A DNA stretch of 64,000 bases from Amoebophrya sp. A120. Taxonomy: Eukaryota > Protista > Dinoflagellata. The stretch spans positions 130,479 through 194,478 of the forward strand of contig CAJINV010000018.1 of NCBI GenBank assembly GCA_905178155.1. Direction: 5' to 3'. Numbering within the stretch: position 1 is the first letter of the stretch; the number at the start of each line of letters is the position of its first letter. The notes below the pieces were generated by a model that was not told where the DNA came from, made no database searches, and was given only the letters and a program-made list of their open reading frames with translations. This document shows, one piece after another, positions 24,501 through 33,500 of the stretch. The position numbers and the translations under genes were made by a program.

Positions 24501-27500
24501 TCAGCTTTTTTGGGTAGTGGTTCAGCAGAAACTGCAGGAGCTTCAACCCTTTGCCGCTGAAATCCGGCAAAGGTAGTTCGCCCCTTTTTATCTCCGAGAA
24601 CCTAGGGGGCCGCACGGCTTCCAGAAAGTCCACCAGGTCAAACCCCCCGGTGTACTGCCCGAGGACGTCAAAATACTTTTTCGGGCGGACGGTCGTGTGC
24701 CCGCCGGCGGGGTTGAAGGATGGGTCCGCATCGATGAGCCGGCGGTACACCGGTTTGAACAGCCGAGGAATGCTGGTGATCGATGCAGGTTGATGCTCTG
24801 ACCCATGTTCTTCTTGATCCTCCTGTAGTTTTCTTTCCCCCGCCCCACAGCCTGCCTCTCCTTCCGGGATCAGTCGGTCGGAGTACTTGTGCTTGTACGC
24901 CAGGGTGAGTTGCTCCACCAACTCAAAAATGTCGGACAACTGATACCTCAACTCGAACTCCGTCTCGCCGAAGAGATGCAGTAGTGGTTCTTATGCATTG
25001 CAAAAGTATCGCACTCGTATAAATGCATTACAAATTTCCTCAGCATGAGAAATCAAATTTGCAATGCAGATTTGCCTTGGAAACAAGATTTGTAATGCAA
25101 GGCCCGCATTTGTACGAGTACGATACTTTTGCACAGGATAGTTCTGACTCCGGGTCGATCTTGTTGCGAAATTGGTTTCTCTCGGAAAACTCCTGTAGTG
25201 CGGTAGCGGTGGCGTGCTGCTGCGTGGCTGCCCCAGGCTGAGAACCCGTCGCCGCTCCTGCTGGCTGTTGGTTTGCAGCGCCGGTAGAAGAAGAGCCTGC
25301 GCCTTGTTCTGCAGATGTGCCAGTTGATGTACCGCCACCCGTCGCGGCAGTGTCGCCCTGCTGCTGCCCCTTGATCTGGAGGGGCTCCGACCCGAGAGAC
25401 CCAAAGAAGCTGAGGAACGCGTTGTCCAGGAGTTCTGCGCACTGCTGAGGTTTCTGGTCCAGCAGAAAGTTGTTGAAGGGCGTCAGCAGCTTCTCTTGCA
25501 GAAATTTTTGGAGCTCCTGAAGGGCCTCGGTGCGGTATAACGTCTCCCCTTGGTCCAAAAGTGCCCGGAAGTTCGATTCTTCCGGTAACGCCAAGGCGAT
25601 GGCACGGTAGAAGTTCACCATCAGTCTATTACAATGAAAAATGCCCCCACCCCCGAACTTGAAAGCATTTGTATTGCAAACCTTTCCAAATGAAACATTC
25701 GCCCTCTTGCATGTATCAGCATCACAGATTTCCGATGGAGAATAGCAAAAATTTGTATTGCAAAAGATCCCAGCAAGAGCGGTGCTTGTCATGCAAGCGA
25801 TGCGAAACACGACAAGAATCTGCATCAGAAAGATTCGTACTCCTTTCATGCATGACAAAAACTTTTCATTTGGAAACCTTATGCATCACAAATTCTTGCA
25901 ATTTCAGGGGTGGGGGGGCACTTTTCACTGTGATACAGTCGCAACAAAACCTGTTCCAGCGACCGCCCCACGCGGTCCACAAACTGCTCAATTTTGAATC
26001 TGGAGCCGCGACTATCCTGAGTAAAAACGTCCCCACACCAGAGTCAAGATGGCAAATCTGCTAGACAAATCAGCCAGCTTTGGTCGTTTGGCATGACAAG
26101 TTCGTCTTCGTAGTGTAATCCTGTTTAGGTAGTTCAGCAGCATCACAGATCTAGTATATCATGCCGATTGTAGCATCACAAATTCCAAAACACGACTAGA
26201 CAATGCCTGTCATGGCGCTCCGCATGAGAAACTTTTTTGGCATGCAGATTTGCATGACAACTCTGGTGTGGGTACGTTTTTACTCAGGATAGCGACGAAG
26301 CATCAAGTCCGCACAGCCGCTGCTGGCTTGGTCCCCGAAGCTGTAGTCCTTCAGGTTGAACTGCAGAAGCTGCTGCTCTGCTTCCGCTACCAAGTCCAAA
26401 TGCAACTGCAAAAAATCTTCCGGGTGTTCGTAGTGGTTGAATTGCTCGTCTCGGACCGACTGCCGCAGCAGCCACTTGCGGGCAAATTTTTTGTTGTCAC
26501 TCGGCGGGGTCAGTTCGAAAAGCGTCGGCACGACGTGTGACAGTGTTTTCTTTGAATACCGGGTAGTTTCGATCTGCTCTTTTACGCTGCGGTACAAGTC
26601 TGCGTGTTTACGGCGGATTTCCCGGTCCAGCTCTAACTCGGAAGAGAACTCAACGGGGGTTAGCGGCGTCGCGACGTCGACCGTGTTGCCGACCCACGTG
26701 GGGTCGTTGTTGTCTTGGTTCCAAGGCTCATGGTCATCAAACATTAGGATCTCGCGGAATATCATATTGAAAAGCGCCCCTACAACAGCTTCAGAACTTG
26801 GACGCATTTGCATTGCAAAGCGCCTTCCCAATGAGTCAAGCGCTCAGGCTCAAAAATATTCCATGCTGAATAGCAAAGATTTGCAGCACTACAAATAAAG
26901 AGCCCAGCAACAACAGCCGGGCCTGTCATGTGCGAGACGCCTTGGGCGGCCAAATCAGAAACGCCAGTAGCCCTTTCATGCAAGCCATTCGAAAAGAATA
27001 TTGCATCAGAAACATTTCCAACTTTCGGGGGTCGGGCGCTCTTCAGTGCAATACGGAGCGAAGCCGTTCCTGCAGGGATTATTTCTTCTACAGCCTCGTT
27101 TGTTTCTTCTACAGCGTTTTTTTTCTTTTCCTCTTTTATTTCCTCATCTGTTTCCTGCTTAGTCCGGTACATGCGCTTGCGCGTGTCGATGTGGGGCTTA
27201 GTGAACGGCTTACAGCTACGCGGCTTCGTCTCCTCGACCACCAGCACCCAGTTATTGCCTTTGCGGAAGGCCAACGAGTCCGCCTTTTCGGACAGCTGCA
27301 GGTTTTCGGAAAGAAATTTCAATCGGTATCGGGGCACAATGCGCAAGTCCAGGTCGCACTTCAGGGGCGTAGGTGGTGTTGTTCCCTCTCCGTCGCTCAT
27401 CTTGTTCTCCAGACCCTTTATTATCCCTCGATGGAGGGGAAACCGGATATCCGCCAGAATTTCTTTGAAATCGGGGAGGAGCTTTTGCTTCGCGATGCCA

Positions 27501-30500
27501 GCTTTCAACGCCTCAACCTTCGGACGCCAGAAGTTTTCCATGGCGTGATAGAGAATTTTGTTTCGCTGGAAATCCGACCGCTGAAGCAGGCTCGCGTAGT
27601 AGTTTTGCTCCTCATAGCGGACCACTTGGTGTTGGACGGGGTACTGCTGCATAAAGAGGTAGTTGTTCGCAGCAGTATCATCTGGACGACTTTCTACGGT
27701 GCCGGAACGTAGAGCTTTTGGCTCAACCGACGCGGCGACCAGGGACCTGGCCGCGGGAACGGCCGCGCCCAGGAATGCTTCTGGCAACCCGTGCAACAAG
27801 CCCGGCAGCGCCCCGAACCACAGCCAGGGACTCTTTTTGACTGCAGCTCCGGCGGTAGTCGATTTGAGCGTGATCTGTGCCGCGGTCGAAACAAATCTGT
27901 CCGGGGTCCAGTAGGCGGCGGAAACCCGTGTGCACGGCACGGGTTCCGACCCCGGCTTGGCTCCGTGCGCACCGCACGCCGCTTTCGAGGTGAAGACGGG
28001 AACACAATCTGACTCTCGGTCTCGCCCAGAGGACTGCTCTTCTGGTTCGTCCTCTGCCGTGGTCAATCTCCTCTGCCGCGTTCCATCTTCCCGAATATCA
28101 AGTGTAAAAATGTCTGGGTCTGGAAGAATGCAAGTTTGTCATGCTTGTCTGGCATGACTATTAAATCTGTCATGCACATTACCAAAGAGCTCCACTTTTC
28201 TGTCATGTAGAAACGTAGTTTGTCATGCAGAATAGGCAACACCTAGAAGCTCAGAAACTTGTCATGCTGAGCCAGCAATTGTGGCCTCCTCATGATACGC
28301 CAAACAGCATCACAAGTTTCCAGACCCAGACATTTTTACATTTGATACCGAAAGCATTGGTGCCAATGCGTCACTCGACGTTGCGGCAGCGCGAAAAAGA
28401 CGTCCGACTTGCACATGAACAGGATATTTCTATTCTGCGTGCCGCTCAGCTCTATCAAGTGTAAAAGTGTCTGGGTCTGGAAGAATGCAACTTGTCATGC
28501 TGATTTTGGATTCTAAAAAAATCTGTATTGCATGAGCAGCAAAGAGAGTCCAAGTTTTGCTACACGGAAAGAGCATTTGTCATGCGGTATAGGCATCAGG
28601 AAACCCTCACAAAATCTGTGATGCTAGGGCATGCGTCACAGACATCAGGAGTCATGCAAAATATGCATGACAAACCTGGCAATCTTCCAGACCCAGACAC
28701 TTTTACATTTGATAAGCTCCCGATCGCTCGCAGGTTTGAAGTTCTCAGTGTCAAACCCGGCTTCCTGGTCCTGGACAACCAGCACAGTCTGGTCGAAAGC
28801 GTCAACCACCTTGGTCAGCTGGCAAAAATTCTTAGCGGCTGGTTGCGTAGTACGCGGCTTCACCGCTAAAACCTCACCCACTTCTACCACAGCCTGCGCG
28901 GCTACTTCCACGCGAGGTTTGTCACCCCCAACCTGGTTTGGCAAAGCTTGATACACGTTGCGCAGAAACGCTTCCCACTGGCCCTGGGAAAAGGGCAGCG
29001 CGTCCGTCTTCACGTGAATGCTCAGATTGTTGGCGGCGCTGGGACCGGTTATTTTCCCTCCGGCACTCATGATGTAGGGCTGGCAACTGGGCTTCACCAA
29101 CACCTCGCGCGCGACCGGGATCTGTCGCTCCACGACGGGGTGTTCCGCAAGGTGTTGCAGTTCGTCCGGCGTCAGAACGCCAAAGTCCTCCTCCATGTCG
29201 TTACGGATGACGGTTCTGTCTTCTTCGAACGGACCCGATCGGTTCTCCCTCCGCCCCTGGCTGCGGCTCCACTGCTCCACCAGCACCGACCCGGTGGAGC
29301 CGGTGAAACGCGGCAGCAGAAAGAGCTTGGCGAAAAGCGTAGATGCTGGCGCGGGAGCTGCTGCGCCTGGCGTGCCCGTGCTCGCCTTGTAGTTCCCGAT
29401 GCTTGACAACTGCAGCATGGCCTGTTGCTCGGGCGTTAGAAGTGCAGCACTCGTTGCGTGGCCCGCGGACGAAGCCGCGTTACGGTACAAACCGAGCGTG
29501 CGCAGCAAATTTTCCCCGGTGGTACCGCACACGACTGGCTGTGGCAGCTCGATGGTCTGCGGAATTTGGATTGCCTTTTTGTTTTCGACCTCGATTTGTT
29601 TCGGATCGCGGTCCGCCAAAAACCGATCTTCCTGGCTCTGCAACTCTTTTTCGTTGGTCACGTCAACGTCGTCAAACCAGCGCAGGCGGCGGTCCTCGAC
29701 CACGTTCAAGGCGCGTCTGCTGTTCAGGTGGTCCACAAGGAACTCCAAAGCCTGACTCAGGTTCTCCACCTTTTTCTCAATTACCTTCAGCCAGTTGTCA
29801 AAGGTTTCGTACATGGCCTGATTGATCTCCTCCTGCTCGTACGCAGTGCGCAGCGCCAGCGAGTCTTTCCGTCTCTTTTGCTGTTCCTTTCGGCGCTCAG
29901 GGGTAAGGGACGTTGCACCTTCCAACTCTTTGTGCTTTTCCAGCTCGGACATTTTACCAGTCAGCATTTCGTTGAAAAGCTGCTGCAGCTGCTGTTTCTG
30001 GTCATTCTTCTTTTCAGGGTCCGCGTGGTCTGCAGCGTCCGCACTGTAGGCGCTCCACTCCCCGTCGAGTCTGCAGGCCTTGTGGCCCTTCCCGAAGGAC
30101 TGATGTGCGTTCATCGTGATGGTCAGGAATTTCACATCCTCCAAGATCTGTTGAAAGATTATAGCAGTGCGATCCACCAGTCGGTGCAGGAACAGTTTAT
30201 CCCCGCGCTCGAACGGAACGCCGGCGCGTTGGGCCATGTCGTCCGTCAAGCTGCGCTTCGGCCCGTTCAAACCCTGGATAAGGTACGAGTGCACGTAGAA
30301 CACCGCCGAGAATTCCTTCGCAAGCTGCAAGAAGAACGAAGCGTTCGTTGTGAATTTGTCGAAGATAATGCGAAAAACGCTGCAGAGCTTCCCCCGGACG
30401 TCTGCTTCCTGCGCTACATTCCCAGGTGCGAACTTTACGGCGCTTGCTGTGCTTGACAGGTCGGCCTCAAACTGCACCCCGATCAGCTTCCCTGCTTTCT

Positions 30501-33500
30501 TGAATTGCTGCTCCGTCCAGGGGTCCTTTGTTTCCAAAAATTCTTCTTCGCTCTGACGCAACGGCTGCCGGATTCTCGCGTCGATGTTGAGCCACTGCTT
30601 CACGTAGAGCCAGTAGAATCTATACAGAGATACCCCGAAAATCGCAAACCGCTTTTGCAAAGCCTCGTAGATCTTCGCGAGCTTTTCGCCGCCCAGCCGC
30701 GCGCGCCCGGTCAACAGCGCGAGCGCAATCCGGTGCTTTTCCAGCGCCAACAAATGGCCGTTTAGGTCGAAAAACGCCTGGTCGTCTTCCTCCTTCCGCA
30801 GTTGCTTCTCGTTCATCGATATCAAATGCAAAAGTGTCTGGGTCTGGAACAAAGCAACTTGTCATGCTAAATCTGAATCATGTAAAAATCTATGTTGCAT
30901 GATTCCCAAAGGCTGTCCACTTTTGACCTAATCAAGAGGCAGTTTCACATGCAGGATAGGCATGATAGAAACCTCCTCACATGATCTGTCATGCTATGTC
31001 CTGCATACCAGTCCTCATGGATCATGGAAAACCTGCACGACAAATCTGGCATTCTTTCAGACCAAGATATTTCTACATTTGATAATCGAGGTGAGGGAGA
31101 GCAACTCCCGGTCGATCAGTTCGTACTCAACCTTCTTGGGCGTCAGCACCACCCGCCCCGCGGCTGGATTCGGTGCGGGTTCTGACTGCCGCTTCGCTCG
31201 TTCCAATTCGGTGCCGACGGCCGGGTAGAGCTTTAGCATGACTTGGTCAATCGCTTCTAAAGCTAGTGTGCTACCGGTTTTCTTTGCCTTTCTGGTTAGC
31301 GAGCGGAACTTCCCGTCTTGCTCCAGCAGGTCTCGCTCCGCCTGGGCGAGCAGATTCGGGTCCTCGTCGAACATGTCTTTCACCTTGCGCAGCTCCTGAA
31401 ACCTCTTGTACATGGAGCTGCCCAACGTGTTTCGGACGAACTCCGAGATGAGTCTTCCGGACAGCTCTTTGACGTACGTAGGCTCTGCCAAAACGTGCTG
31501 CAGCTGCTGCGACAGCTCCGCGACCCCGTTCCAAGAATCCTTGGAGGCTTCTTTGCTCGTCGCTTCGGCACCGTCCCCCTTGAAATCCCGGCTCGCTTGG
31601 AGCAAGTGCGACAGCTTTCCGGCCAAGGCCGCGTTTTTGCCTTCCGCATTGGAAGCAGTTGCTCCACTTGTCTGGCTGTCGGACAACTCCTTCACTGCGG
31701 TTTTGACTCGCGACAAAGAGTCCAGCACCCGCTGCTCAGCACGCTGCTTGCGTAGAGCGTGGCTCGTGGTGTCCTCATCCTTGGACCACCCTTCGTTTTG
31801 CAGGTTATCCAAAGCGTCGTCAATTGTCGTAGAGGTGGAAGACGGCAGGATACATGGTCAAGAAAAGCGCAAATTTGTGTCGGTTTTGCGAACTTAGAAC
31901 TAAGTACTCTGCTTGACTGAGCCTGTAGGTCTCGCAAGCTGCCGCTGTTCTTGGCTTCCTCTACAAGCGAAGCGTGTCGATTTTCTAAAGGAATGCCAGT
32001 GCAGATGACAACTACAAACAGGCGTCTCCCTTATTTGCGGTTTGTGGTTAATATAGTCTCCTGAAAATTATAAACATCTTTTACGCTTGCGCTTGATCAT
32101 GCTATTATCCTGCCATGTTCCATCTGCCTAAGTTCCTCGTCCTCCTCGTCATCATCCTTCGGCAGTTCGGGTTTGCGCTCTTTCAACAAAAATTTGTTTG
32201 CAGTTTTCAACATGGAATTCATCGTGCTGAGGACCACCGCAGCCGAAGTTTCCGCGTTGTTGCTGCTACTCAACGGAAAGCCGGGCTCCACCTTGACCTG
32301 GAAGTTTCGAGGAGCGCCGTCTGCAGAAGAATTCCCTGATTTTGGCGCCCGAATCCACAGTCCGATCCTCTGAACTTTTACGTCTGGCTTCTCGGGTTTC
32401 TCTTCCTCCCCGCTCTCGGAGGCGTTGTCTTCGGGAGAAGGAGCTGGGTTGGGGACCGGTACTTGTGTCTCGACTGCCCACCAATGATCCTCCGGCTGGC
32501 CGTCTATAGCTGGTTTGTCTTTCAGCCACACCACGCTCTTTTGTTGCAACCGACCGGCGTTGTGTTTGATTTCGAAGAAATCGGTACACGCCGCGTGGAA
32601 GAACTCGGAAAACTTTCTGCGGAACACCTCCGTGATACCGTGTTGAGCTGCGATGGTCTCCGGGTCGCCGCCCACAGTCGGGCCCGCGTCCGGGTCGGCG
32701 TGGAGTAGCAGGGGCACGGTTTTCGCAGCTTTAGCGCCTGCAAAGTGGATGCGGAGGGTGGCTGCAACCTGCACCTCGACATTCAGATCTGGGTTCCCCT
32801 GTAGAATCACACCAAAAAAACCCAGGATCTGCAAACCATTCCAAGCATGCGCTCACTTGCCGTATTTCTCTCGTTGTCGAGAAAAAGACCGAAGGCGCGA
32901 ACAATATTTTCAGTAGCATAAAAATCTTTCTCAACATGCAGACGTCGTGCTGGCTCCAGACAGCTTTGATCACAGTATCACAGCGTCGCGATCACTTGAG
33001 GATAGCGCTTGACTACCGTGCCATTATCAACAAACATAGACCTCGGTGAGAAGGGTACAAATTGATGCCCACTGCATCTCGACAGCACAAGTCCTTTTTA
33101 CAAAGTGTTTTTTTGCACCAGCAAAGATCCTCCTCATGGTTTTTGATGTGATAGCGCCGTTCTCGCGCATCTTCTTCTCCGCTTTTTCCTTCACGATTTT
33201 TGTTTCGTCCGTGCCTTTAGGGTTTAGGGTTTTGTCTTGCTCCTTGCTGTACAAGTGCAAGTCGATTCCCAATAGTGCGAAAATGTTTTTCGTCGGTTTG
33301 CTGCCCCATTCGTCCTTCAGGTGGCGGTCGATTGGTAGGAGAATCGGCGCAAACAGACTCCGGGTAAACGTCAGTGTTTCGGATTGCTTAGAAGTTCCGT
33401 TCTCCTGCTCCTCACCGTCTTCTTTCTGCTCCTCTTCCCCCCCTGGGCTAGGGCTACCACCAGCCATCATCTGTTTGACCGCGTCAAAGTCCCTGTTTTT

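Noticed and set aside
627-31084. Repeats separated by 40-90 nt unique stretches, superficially CRISPR-like
   Set aside because: The repeats are 150-320 bp, belong to many families and occur in both orientations. The unique stretches are in-frame exons, and no cas genes are present.
675-31228. Many short ORFs sharing peptides such as FQTQTFLHLI, KCKNVWVWK, KMSGSGR and LPDPDIF
   Set aside because: These are translations of the family A TIR in different frames and on both strands, not a protein family.
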